NCBI GenBank assembly: GCA_918797485.1
Contig: CAKKNE010000001.1
Span: forward strand, 4,402,001 to 4,466,000
From: Pelagomonas calceolata
Taxonomy: Eukaryota
Direction of reading: 5' to 3'
DNA: 64,000 bases
Shown: positions 11,037 through 22,543 of the stretch, piece after piece
Layout: every line of letters begins with the position of its first letter
How positions within the stretch are numbered: position 1 is the stretch's first letter
Translations under genes and position numbers: made by a program
Notes under the pieces: model-generated
Database searches by the model: none
Seen by the model: the letters and a program-made list of their open reading frames with translations, nothing else
What the model was told of the DNA's origin: nothing

Positions 11037-11669
11037 CTGTTTTTTGGGCGGCGAGTGTCGGCAATCAATCTCTTTGCGACATCCTACTCATCACGCCCCG
11101 CGCGATAGAGCGGTTCGCGTGCTATAGGCTTCAGCGCTCTGTTCCCCATCCGCCCGTGCCGTAGGGACCCCTGGCTAGGGAATTGTGAAAAGCGATTTTA
11201 GGCGGCCATGACGAATTTTTTTATTTAGCAGCCTCGTGGCCTAATAATTGCCAGCGCGACGTGCACGCCAGCGCGCAGCAAATCACAACTCCTCCTAAAG
11301 CTTCATTTATTCCCTCGTCGAAAGATCACGCCGCCTGTGGCACCGCCGATCGCGCCCTCGGGCTAAAAGCGACAGCGACTTCCTTGGTGGGGATTTCCTA
11401 AATTGCAGGCGGAAGCGGCAAAAGGTGTCTCAAGCGCAGCGCGCGGGAAGCCTAGCTTGGCGGCGGCAACAAAGGCCATCAGCGATGCCCATTTCATTGG
11501 CGCGGATGCGCCAACCCGTAGTCGACCCAGTTTCGGTTCCGGTCGCTGCGTGCCGCCGCCGCCGGCGAAAGCGCCGCCGGCGACTCGCACCACACACATA
11601 TTCGCCCGCCCGCCGAAAGCTCCTCGCGCCGACACCGCATGCTTCACCCGAAACCCCCGCAGGTGGTAG

Positions 11670-12275
<606 letters not shown>

Positions 12276-12718
12276 ACGGAGATTGTGCTGTGGTCGTCCG
12301 TACCCCTTCCCCTTCCCCTCTCCCCCTTAAATTCACATATATAGAATAGAACTCTCGGTGCCGAGGCGCGAGCGTGATCCGTGGCGGAGCTTCACTGACG
12401 CCGACGCCTGCTCGACGGCGTGGGGGGTGGTGCGTTTTCCTCGAGGCCTGGGAACGTAAAGCGGTGGCGTAAAGCCCAATTTTTTGCCAGCTAGTGTCTT
12501 ACAGGCCGCTAGCTAATACTCAAGCTCCGTGCGGCAGCGAGTTGCCTCAGAGCGAGAGCAGCCTCCTGCACGGATTAAGCACAGATCTCATAAATAAGTT
12601 CAGGCGCAGCGCCCGACGACAAATCGCCAGTGCTGAGTGGCCCACAGTGGTAGCGCGCACTACATCAACCAAAGACAGCACCGCACGCCGCCGCCGCGGC
12701 GCAACAAACGCAGCAACC

Positions 12719-13978
12719 ATGGGCGACTCCGAAAGCAGTTTGTTCAGCTTCTTCTTCTACGTGCTCTTCGTGTATCCCGCGACGAACTGGCTCCTGAAAC
12801 CGGGCCGCTTCTCGCGGACGAAGGGCCTGACCTATGCCATTTCGCTGTTAGTAGCGATCGCGGCCGTAAAAACAGGTTTGGAGCTCAAGGAGCAGGGCCC
12901 GAACTACTACCAGCTGATGAAGGTCGGACGGTCCGCGACAGCTTTGGAGATCAAGAGATCCTACAAAAAGATGTCCCTGGAACTGCACCCGGACAAGAAC
13001 CCGTCGGCGACGGCGCTGGACGACTTCGCGACGCTCAAGAACGCCTACGACGTCCTGATGGACATGGACGCGCGGGAGGTCTACGACCGGTTCGGGCCGG
13101 AAAAATTGAAACAGAAGGTCGCCGTCATCGACGAGTACAAAGTTTTGGTCGAGGTGGCCATCTTCTACGCGGCCTGGGGCATCATGACCTGGATGCTTAC
13201 GTTAGGGAAGCACAACTCGAACGCGCGGCAGTGGGTCTTCACCGGTTCGATGCGGCGTCTATGGCGGCGACGGCGTGAAGGCGGTCGCGTCGATGGCGTG
13301 GGGGGCGGCGGAGAGCTCGCATCGCGTCGTCACGTCGACGGCGTGGCCGGTGGAGAGCTCAGAGCCGCCGTCGTCGCGCCCGTCGCTCGGGAGCGTGGGC
13401 TGGCGGAGAGATCAGATAATACCGTCACCGCGACGGGAGAGATCGCACGCCGTCGCCCGGAGATATAACATAACGCAAAACGCGCAGGCATGATCGCGAT
13501 GCTCGTCGTCGAGGTCATGATGCTCCTCAAGGAGATCGAGCTGCCGGCCTGGTTCCTGCCGGCGATGACGGCCCACGAACTGATACAGCTCGGGCACAAC
13601 CTGTTTCCCGCGTTCCTCAACGGCTGTCGGTGCATCGGCGCGTACCTGTTCGTGGATTTGGACGGCCACCAGCGCGCGCTGTTAGGAGCTTTACATGAAC
13701 AGAACAAGGAAGTATTAAGGGCACTGCGAGACATCCAGACTTCGATCCAGAACGGCGGCGGCGCCGGGCCGGCGCGGCCGATGAGCGTGGGAGACGCCAT
13801 GCGCAACCTCGAGGCCGAGCTCGAGGGCAAGGACATCAAGCACCCGTCGGAGGTCAACATCTTCAGCGACGGCTTCCCGGACGGGAAGAAGAAGTCGAAC
13901 GCGAACCTGTACCTCATGATCGGCGGCTACATCGTGCTCTACTACATCTTCGCCGGCAACCAGGCGGCCTCGGCGTAA
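12719..13978 (+). CDS. Membrane DnaJ-domain protein; exons 12719-13244 and 13488-13978
   Basis: J domain (NYY..LELHPDKN) and several TM segments. GT-AG intron 13245-13487 joins the two ORFs in frame. Confidence 0.85.
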
Positions 13979-13986
13979 TATCTATG

Positions 13987-14092
13987 AGACGTTTCGTCGA
14001 TGGCGTCTTGGGGGGGGCGCGATCCGTCGTCGCGGCTGCAGGACACGTTTCGTCGATGGCGTCTTGGGGGGCGCGATCCGTCGTCGCGGCTG
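13987..14092. repeat. Two-copy ~54-bp tandem repeat
   Basis: ACGTTTCGTCGATGGCGTCTTG(n)CGCGATCCGTCGTCGCGGCTGC occurs twice just after the DnaJ stop codon. Confidence 0.85.
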
Positions 14093-14395
14093 CGGCGCCG
14101 GGCTCTACTCCATCTTCGCTTAGCGGCGTTCGTCTCTGTCTGTATCAACCTTGTTCTTTCCTCGTCACCTGTGAGTCGCTCCGTACCCGCAGGCCCTCGT
14201 TCGCTTATGGCCAAAAATGCTAGTGTCCTTACATGCGCTAGCCAACTATTTATTTATCGACAAACTCTCACGCTGAATAGGCCTTGGCACACCACGCCAG
14301 GCGGCCCGCGAAGACACCTGGTTGTTGGGAAAGACCTCGCTCACTGCCCTGTGGCCTCGGCGCGAACGCAACTTGATAAAAAGGGCGTACTGACG

Positions 14396-14761
14396 ATGGA
14401 GAGCCCACTAAGCTCCCTGCCACCAATAAGCGCCGTGCTGTCGCCCTCGCCGCCGGAGAGCGATGGGACAGAATCCACGGCGTCCTCCCAGCCCTACGAC
14501 GACGACGCCCTCGACGCGCTCATGGGCCGCTGCGAGCACCTGTCGGCGCGCCTCGCCGCCTACGAGCGCGAGCCCGCGGCGCGGCCGCGCGGCGCCGCGA
14601 CGTCATCGAACGAACCGGGGGACTCCGTCGCCTCCTCAATAACCAACGACTTCCCGGCGCCGGAGCCCGTCGAGATGCCGCCGAAGAAGCGGCAACGGCG
14701 GCGCCGCAAGGGCCGCAAGCACGCGCGCGACGCCGCCGGCTTCGAGGGCCGCTCGCCCTGA
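14396..14761 (+). CDS. Small hypothetical protein with basic NLS-like C-terminus
   Basis: GC3-rich ORF from MESPLSS; PKKRQRRRRKGRK near the end. Confidence 0.45.
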   Translation: MESPLSSLPPISAVLSPSPPESDGTESTASSQPYDDDALDALMGRCEHLSARLAAYEREPAARPRGAATSSNEPGDSVASSITNDFPAPEPVEMPPKKRQRRRRKGRKHARDAAGFEGRSP

Positions 14762-14906
14762 GGGCTCTCCCACATCGTAGTAAACATTAGTGTCTTAATC
14801 CGGGCCTTTGAAAAACCCGCTCTGCTGAGCTCGAGTGGCTGCTCTCCGGCCACGCGACGAACGTACGTAATAAGCAGTTGCACAACAACACGAATAGCCA
14901 TAAACG

Positions 14907-15683
14907 ATGCTACGAGCAGCCGTGCGCACGGCGCCGCGCCTCGGCAGAGCCCACAGCACCGCTGCCGAGGCCTTCAGGCACGTGGTCATGCAGCGCCACG
15001 CGGCGGCGGCCTTCGATGCGACGCGCGACGTACCAGAAGCTATCCTTGAGGACATCATGCAGCTCACGCGGCGCGCACCTTCAAGCTTCAACATCCAGCC
15101 GTGGACGTGCGTCCTCGTGCGCAGCGCCGCGCAGCGCGAATTGGTCGGACGAGCCGCGTTGTCCGAGTCGAACCGGCGGCGTGTCATGGACGCACCACTC
15201 ACAGCGGTCTTCTGCGCGGACCTCGAGCCGGCCCACGCGCTCCCGCGCGTCAAGGCGGAGGCCATCGCGCGGGGCAAGGACGCGCGGCAGGTCGAAGATT
15301 TAGAACTGGCCGTGGGCTACTACGCGACGCACGGCAAGCTCGCGTCGCTCGTCAAGGGCGTCGCCGCGAACGCGCTCAGCCCCGTCGCGCCCGCGCCGCA
15401 GCCCGAGGGCCGCAGGGCCTGGGCCTACAAGTCCGCCATGCTCGCCGCGCAGACCTACCTCCTCGCGGCGACGGCGCACGGCCTCGCGACGGCGCCCATG
15501 GAGGGCTTCGACGCCGCGCGGCTCCGCGCGTACCTGGACGTGCCCGCGCGCTACGCGCTGCCGCTCGTCGTCGCGACGGGCTACGCGCCGCCCGAGGGCC
15601 CGGAGCCGCCGCCGTCGCCGCGGCTGGACGTGACCGACCTGTTCTTCGAGGACCGGTTCGGGGCGCGCCCCGCGGCAAGCTAA
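14907..15683 (+). CDS. Nitroreductase family protein
   Basis: RAPSSFNIQPW, AAQTYLLAATAHGLATAPMEGFD and VVATGY motifs. Confidence 0.9.
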   Translation: MLRAAVRTAPRLGRAHSTAAEAFRHVVMQRHAAAAFDATRDVPEAILEDIMQLTRRAPSSFNIQPWTCVLVRSAAQRELVGRAALSESNRRRVMDAPLTAVFCADLEPAHALPRVKAEAIARGKDARQVEDLELAVGYYATHGKLASLVKGVAANALSPVAPAPQPEGRRAWAYKSAMLAAQTYLLAATAHGLATAPMEGFDAARLRAYLDVPARYALPLVVATGYAPPEGPEPPPSPRLDVTDLFFEDRFGARPAAS

Positions 15684-15825
15684 GTCTCGATTGTGTGTAG
15701 TACTGCCGTTGCTTTGGTTAGAGCTAGGCCCTGCCTAGCCGCCACGACCGCAGCGGGGCTGCGTGACCGAACGCCGCTGTTACAACAGGTTGGGGAAAAG
15801 GAAATTAACCGTGCCACAGAAGCGC

Positions 15826-17440
15826 CTACTTCTTCTTGGCCGCGGATTTCGTCGTCTTGCCCTCCTTCTCGGACTTGTCGACCGACTTGATGACGCCGAC
15901 CGCGACCGTCTGGCGCATGTCGCGCACGGCGAAGCGCCCGAGCGGCGGGTACTCGGCGAACGACTCGACGCACAGCGGCTTCGTCGGCTCGAGCGTGACC
16001 ATGCACGCGTCGCCCGTCTTCACGAACTTCGGGTTCTCCTCGAGCACCTTGCCTGATCGCCTGTCCATCTTCTGGTCGATGTTCTTGAACTTGCACGCGA
16101 CGTGGGCCGTGTGGCAATCGAGGACGGGCGAGTAGCCCGACGAGATCTGGCCGGGGTGGTTCATGACGATGACCTGGGCGAAGAAGGTGCTCGCGCCCTT
16201 GGGCGGGTCCTTCTTGGAGTCGCCGCACACGTTGCCGCGGCGGATGTCCTTGACCGACACGTTCTTCACGTTGAAGCCGACGTTGTCGCCCGGCACGGCC
16301 TCGGGGAGCGACTCGTGGTGCATCTCGACGGACTTGACCTCAGTCGTGATCTGGACGGGCGCGAAGGTGCAGACCATGCCCGGCTTGATGATGCCCGTCT
16401 CGACGCGGCCGACCGGCACCGTGCCGATACCGCCGATCTTGTAGACGTCCTGGAGCGGGAGGCGCAGCGGCTTGTCCGAGGGGCGCTTCGGCGGGTTGGC
16501 GTTGTCGAGCGCCTCGAGGAGGTAGGGGCCCTTGTACCACGGCATGTTCGTCGACTTGTCGATCATGTTGTCGCCCATCCAGCCCGAGATCGGCACGAAC
16601 GGGATCTTCATCGGCTTGTAGCCGACCTTCTTCAGGTAGGTCGACACCTCGGCCTTGATCTCCTTGTAGCGGCCCTCGCCGTACTTGACCGACACGTCGT
16701 CCATCTTGTTGCACGCCACGATCATCTGCTTCACGCCGAGCGTGAACGCCAGCAGCGCGTGCTCGCGCGTCTGGCCGTCCTTGGAGATACCGGCCTCGAA
16801 GCCGCCCACCGACGAGTCAATCACCAGAATGGCGATATCGGCCTGGGACGTGCCCGTGATCATGTTCTTGATGAAGTCGCGGTGGCCCGGCGCGTCGATG
16901 ACCGTGAAGTAGAACTTCGGCGACTCGAACTTCCAGAGCGCAATGTCAATCGTGATACCGCGCTCGCGCTCGGCCTTGAGGTTGTCAAGCACCCACGCGT
17001 ACTTGAACGAGGCCTTGCCGAGCTCGGCCGCCTCCTTCTCGAACTTCTCGATCGTCCGCTTGTCGATGCCGCCGCATTTGTAGATCAAGTGACCCGTCGT
17101 CGTCGACTTGCCGGCGTCGACGTGGCCGATCACCACGAGGTTGATGTGCGTCTTCTCCTTCACCTGCGATGCGGGCGCGCCGGTCGTACAACGCTCTTTC
17201 CTCACCATAGGGCTTCACGTCGCGCGTGTGTGTGTCCGGGCCTGCTGACAGTGCCCGCCGCGGCGACCGACGGTCGTTCGCTGCGGCTGGCCGCTCGTCG
17301 GTCCGTGCTAGTGGCCAAGCAAAAATCTCGCATCGCCGAAGCTCCGCACGTCGCCGTCGCAGCGCGCGGGCCCGCAACGCGCGCCTCGCTGGACGCGGAT
17401 CGGCTGGAGGATTCTCAAACGTAACGCGGGTGCGCACCAT
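15826..17440 (-). CDS. EF1A: Elongation factor 1-alpha, copy A; exon 1 = ATG (17440-17438), intron 17437-17164
   Basis: [37 protein letters not shown] mirrors copy B. An alternative ATG at 17208 is possible. Confidence 0.95.
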
Positions 17441-18032
17441 CTTGCTTGCTGTGCTGTAGCTTTAGCTTACGATGAAATCGCTGCTGGCAAAAGTTAGTAG
17501 CGCTAGCACCCATGTACGCTAGCTAATGTGCTGAGAGATCGTATACATACGCGGACTGTTTTTTGCCGGGTACTCGTCTCCTCCGTGTCTTTCCCGCGCA
17601 TGTTCGCCTCCGCCGACGACGGCGTCACCACCGCTGGCCGCCGCGACCGTCGCTGCCCGAGGTGCGCGCCGAGTCTCGCACCGTGTGCGCGCCGCCTGAC
17701 GCAGGGCCTGCACGAACTCAATCAGGCAGGGCCCCGGAACCGTAAAGTTTCAATAGGGATAGTTAGGGGCGTATACGGAAGGGGGGCGGGTAGGAGGCGA
17801 ACACGCCGGTGAAGGCGCGGCCGCGCGGAAAGGGTGCGACCCCTCGGGATGGTGCTTGCAGCGGGCGTCGAGAGCACGGGCGGACCGGAGCCGCGTCGGC
17901 GCCGTCGCAGCCGCGGCGGGCGGGGCACACGATTCGCGTGCGCCGCCTCCGCGGTGCGACGGGCCGGCGCGTCCCGTCCCGCCGGAGCCTCGCGTGAGCG
18001 GCAGTAGAGCCGTTCAGGGCCGCGGCACACCA

Positions 18033-19644
18033 TCACTTCTTCTTAGCGGCGGACTTGGTCGTCTTGCCCTCCTTCTCGGACTTGTCGACCGACTTGATCA
18101 CGCCGACCGCGACCGTCTGGCGCATGTCGCGCACGGCGAAGCGTCCGAGCGGCGGGTACTCGGCGAACGACTCGACGCACAGCGGCTTCGTCGGCTCGAG
18201 CGTCACCATGCACGCGTCGCCCGTCTTCACGAACTTAGGGTTCTCCTCGAGCACCTTGCCCGAGCGGCGGTCCATCTTCTGGTCGATGTTCTTGAACTTG
18301 CACGCGACGTGGGCCGTGTGGCAATCGAGGACGGGCGAGTAGCCCGACGAGATCTGGCCGGGGTGGTTCATGACGATGACCTGGGCGAAGAAGGTGCTCG
18401 CGCCCTTGGGCGGGTCCTTCTTGGAGTCGCCGCACACGTTGCCGCGGCGGATGTCCTTGACCGACACGTTCTTCACGTTGAAGCCGACGTTGTCGCCCGG
18501 CACGGCCTCGGGGAGCGACTCGTGGTGCATCTCGACGGACTTGACCTCAGTCGTGATCTGGACGGGCGCGAAGGTGCAGACCATGCCCGGCTTGATGATG
18601 CCCGTCTCGACGCGGCCGACCGGCACCGTGCCGATACCGCCGATCTTGTAGACGTCCTGGAGCGGGAGGCGCAGCGGCTTGTCCGAGGGGCGCTTCGGCG
18701 GGTTGGCGTTGTCGAGCGCCTCGAGGAGGTAGGGGCCCTTGTACCACGGCATGTTCGTCGACTTGTCGATCATGTTGTCGCCCATCCAGCCCGAGATCGG
18801 CACGAACGGGATCTTCATCGGCTTGTAGCCGACCTTCTTCAGGTAGGTCGACACCTCGGCCTTGATCTCCTTGTAGCGGCCCTCGCCGTACTTGACCGAC
18901 ACGTCGTCCATCTTGTTGCACGCCACGATCATCTGCTTCACGCCGAGCGTGAACGCCAGCAGCGCGTGCTCGCGCGTCTGGCCGTCCTTGGAGATACCGG
19001 CCTCGAAGCCGCCCACCGACGAGTCAATCACCAGAATGGCGATATCGGCCTGGGACGTGCCCGTGATCATGTTCTTGATGAAGTCGCGGTGGCCCGGCGC
19101 GTCGATGACCGTGAAGTAGAACTTCGGCGACTCGAACTTCCAGAGCGCAATGTCAATCGTGATACCGCGCTCGCGCTCGGCCTTGAGGTTGTCAAGCACC
19201 CACGCGTACTTGAACGAGGCCTTGCCGAGCTCGGCCGCCTCCTTCTCGAACTTCTCGATCGTCCGCTTGTCGATGCCGCCGCATTTGTAGATCAAGTGAC
19301 CCGTCGTCGTCGACTTGCCGGCGTCGACGTGGCCGATCACCACGAGGTTGATGTGCGTCTTCTCCTTCACCTGCGATGCGGGGCGCGCTCGGTCTCGTAT
19401 AAATGCACCTCATGCGGGGTTTCAGGTGTTTGCGTGTTTGAGGGGTTGCTGCCGATGGCCGGTGCAATCGCTGCGGTTGCCACAACGTCCGCGCGGCCGC
19501 AAAAGGCGCCATCGCCGGCATGGGGGATATTTGGTGATTGCGCGCCACAGGCTTGCCGCGGTGCGTGATTGCTCGATCAGCGGCCGCGCGCAATATATAT
19601 TGGGAGCAGGTGTGCAAGCAGGATAGGTTGGAGAGACGCACCAT
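18033..19644 (-). CDS. EF1A: Elongation factor 1-alpha, copy B; exon 1 = ATG (19644-19642), intron 19641-19371
   Basis: Protein identical to copy A; ATG|GTGCGT..CGCAG|GTG AAG GAG. Confidence 0.95.
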
Positions 19645-19981
19645 GGTTGTTTATGGAGCCTGCAAAGTCGATGTCGCCGGCGGCCGCATTACGAACCCGT
19701 TTTGCGATTTTTAAAAACTAGACGGCTCACGGCCGCGGGGAAGTGCCTCTGTGGCCGGGATGAGGGCTGCTGTGCGTGTTTTCGTGCTTCAGTTGGGCCC
19801 AATAAACTCAAAAGCAAGCAAAGCACAGCCAAATAGCTCGGCCGCTGGGCCATAACGCCTGCGAAAAGTCTCTTTTCCAGTCGCATAGATCATAAGATCG
19901 ACCTGTGCGGCGGCCCGCATGCTGAACCGAGCCCTACTGGCAGTCCTGGTGAATACAGGAGCAGCACTTCAGAGCACAGCC

Positions 19982-20923
19982 ATGGTGGAGCCGCCCGTGC
20001 GGCCATTCTGCGGCTGCTACCTCTTAAGATCTTGCGACCCGGCGCACCCGCGCAGTTCGTACATCGGGTTCACCGTAAATCCCTTGAGGCGCGTGCGCCA
20101 GCACAACGGCGAGATCCAGGGCGGCGCCAGGAGAACGCGGCGCCACCGGCCGTGGGAGGCCGTGGCACTGGTCGACGGCTTCGCGTCGCAAGTCGAAGCG
20201 CTCCAGTTCGAGTGGGCCTGGCAGCACCCCGAGAAGTCCCTGGCCGTGCGCGGCGCGCTCGACGGCAAGAGGAAGGCGCGGACGGGCTGGAAGAGTAGGC
20301 TGGCGCTGCTCGAGGTCATGTGCGACGGCGTGGATGCCTGGCGCGGCGTCCAGGTGCGCGTTTGTATTGAGGACGCGCTCCCCGATTCAGACTTCTGGCG
20401 GTCGGCGCGCGTCTCGGTCGGCCCCTTGGACGCGTGGCCGCCGGCGGTCGCGGCGTCCCGCGTCGTGGCGCGGCGGCGCGTCGTCGACGAGGTCGCGGAT
20501 TGCGCGGCTTGTGGTCAGCCATGCGCGCCGACAACAACCGGCGCCTTTGTGGCGTGCGAGCGGTGCGGCGCGCCCACTCATTTAACCTGCCTCGCGGAGC
20601 AAGCCCTGCGGCGGCGCGGCGCCCCGGCCTGCGCCCTCGTGCCGCCGGCCGGCGCGTGCCCCGTCTGCGACCACGAGAGCGACTGGACGGTCGTCGTCCG
20701 CGCGGCGAAGCGATCGCTCCGCGAGGCGGCGCGGCCGCCACCGCCGCCCGTCGCGACGCCGGCGCCGCGGCGCGCGCGCGCGCCGGCGCCGGCGCCGGCC
20801 TCCGACGACGACGACGTCTTCGACCTCACGCAGACGCAGGCCACGCAGGAGACGGTCGCGCCGGAGGAGTCCGACGACGACGACGTGGTCGACCTGTGCT
20901 CGCCGGTACCACCCGCTCTGTAA
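19982..20923 (+). CDS. SLX1: Structure-specific endonuclease SLX1 (GIY-YIG + C-terminal zinc finger)
   Basis: GCYLLRS..YIGFTVNPLRRVRQHNG..GGA..RPW..ALQFEWAWQHP; C-terminal CxxC..HxxC..CPVC. Confidence 0.92.
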   Translation: MVEPPVRPFCGCYLLRSCDPAHPRSSYIGFTVNPLRRVRQHNGEIQGGARRTRRHRPWEAVALVDGFASQVEALQFEWAWQHPEKSLAVRGALDGKRKARTGWKSRLALLEVMCDGVDAWRGVQVRVCIEDALPDSDFWRSARVSVGPLDAWPPAVAASRVVARRRVVDEVADCAACGQPCAPTTTGAFVACERCGAPTHLTCLAEQALRRRGAPACALVPPAGACPVCDHESDWTVVVRAAKRSLREAARPPPPPVATPAPRRARAPAPAPASDDDDVFDLTQTQATQETVAPEESDDDDVVDLCSPVPPAL

Positions 20924-22543
20924 TTGTATAAGATGTGTTTGTGGTGATAGATTGATAAGACGGCTGTTGGGCGGTAAAAAGAGCTTAAGGTCACTAGGGT
21001 TTTATGATGCGACATGCAGCCGTCTGAGTATCATTCCGTTAGCTACTGGTCCAAAGAGATCAATGGGACACTTACTGGGGGGCGAAAAAAATAATTTTTT
21101 TAATTCGCGATATTGACGGTCCCGCCATGACGGCCGCTTCGGTGGAATCCTGTCAATCCGTGGCCCCCAGGTCTCCCTGGGTGCGCTGAGGGATGGTACT
21201 AGACGTGCGCAAGCGCCTACGTCGTATGCGCGGGCGCTTCCATCGGTAGAGACATATGAGGCATTTCTCTCAGCCAGACATCGGGCCAGAGCCCAAGTCC
21301 CCCAGGTTTTCGATCCAGAGCTCTCTGGAGAGCACCAAGCGCCGCCGCATGCGCACTAGGCGACTATCCGACACCAGACCTATCTCGGAGGGAGTCCGGG
21401 AGCCGATCTGCATCCGAAAAAAGTAAATAATTTGGACCCGATGGCGCCCCGTTCCCGTCAAATACGTCAATTACCCGAGGGCCCCCAGGAATAGTAATAG
21501 CGGTCTCGTCGGACCCCATACTACCCCACCGATAGTCAACTACAAGTATATGACATCTACACGCCGAGAAGGGTACTTTGGACTGCCCACGCTCGGGACG
21601 TGAACATCTTGATCTGGACCTCGCGCAAGTCGGTCGATCATGGAACAAATGATCGTTTCATGGTCCATGGTGATGGTACACGGGCTGATGGTCGCAGGTC
21701 CAAGTAATTCGGCCCAATTAGCCAGATCGTGGGCTCGCGAGACCGACGACCCGCGCCGAGCATCTTGGGGTCTCGAGCAATGTAGGACCCACTCAGGCCG
21801 GTTAGATGGCCCGTCCCGTAACCGAAGCGCCTGAAACGCAAATTTATTTTATAACTCACCGGTCTGGGGCCTTTCCCGCCCTCCGTCTACGTACCGTCGT
21901 CCGCGGAGAACGGGCAAGTCGGTCGATTGTGAATAGAACAACGGCGTTATGGTCCATCTGGATGGTGCCGTCGCTGATACTCGCAGGTGTAGGTATCGAG
22001 CCCGCCTTTAAGTAAACGCGCGGTACCGAAGTCGTCGAATCCCGCGGCTCTAACGGGCCACCTTAAGTACCTCAGTAAGCGTTTATCCGGCCTAGATGGA
22101 CTCTACCACTAACAAACGGAAGGAAACGAACATAAACGCGAGAGTTGTCTAGTAGAATTCTTTTCCCGCCCTCCGAGCGCGGGCCGTCGACTCCGGTTCC
22201 GTCGATTATGTATGAAAACTGAGCTGGAGTTGATATAATGTACTATTTGGACGGTAGATGGCGGCGTCAATCGCTGGTGTATTTTGGCGAGCCGCAAGAC
22301 TCATCCGCGAATGTCGCTGGCGGTGCCTTCCGGGAGGCGCGAGGGTATGTTCCCGGGCCTCTACTCTGAAATATTTGGTCTCAGCGAACGACTAGGATGT
22401 ATTCTGAATTTGGGTCATTCTTTTGACGCTATCGAAGCGCATCTTTGAATTTGCTAGTGTGTCGGTTACGCTAGCTCCGAGTTTGGCACTTTGCACTGCT
22501 TCCGAAGCATAAGCGTACACCAACAAAAAACCACAAAACTATA

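Noticed and set aside
16102..19568. Long + strand ORFs antisense to EF-1alpha (440 and 570 aa)
   Set aside because: Shadow ORFs caused by extreme GC3 bias. The same applies to antisense ORFs over tubulin and the kinase.
19982..20923. GIY-YIG as a homing endonuclease
   Set aside because: FEWAWQHP and the C-terminal zinc finger identify the housekeeping SLX1.
21000..22500. Hidden gene in the long intergenic gap
   Set aside because: The short ORFs lack host codon bias and recognisable motifs; no tRNA or rRNA fold was recognised.
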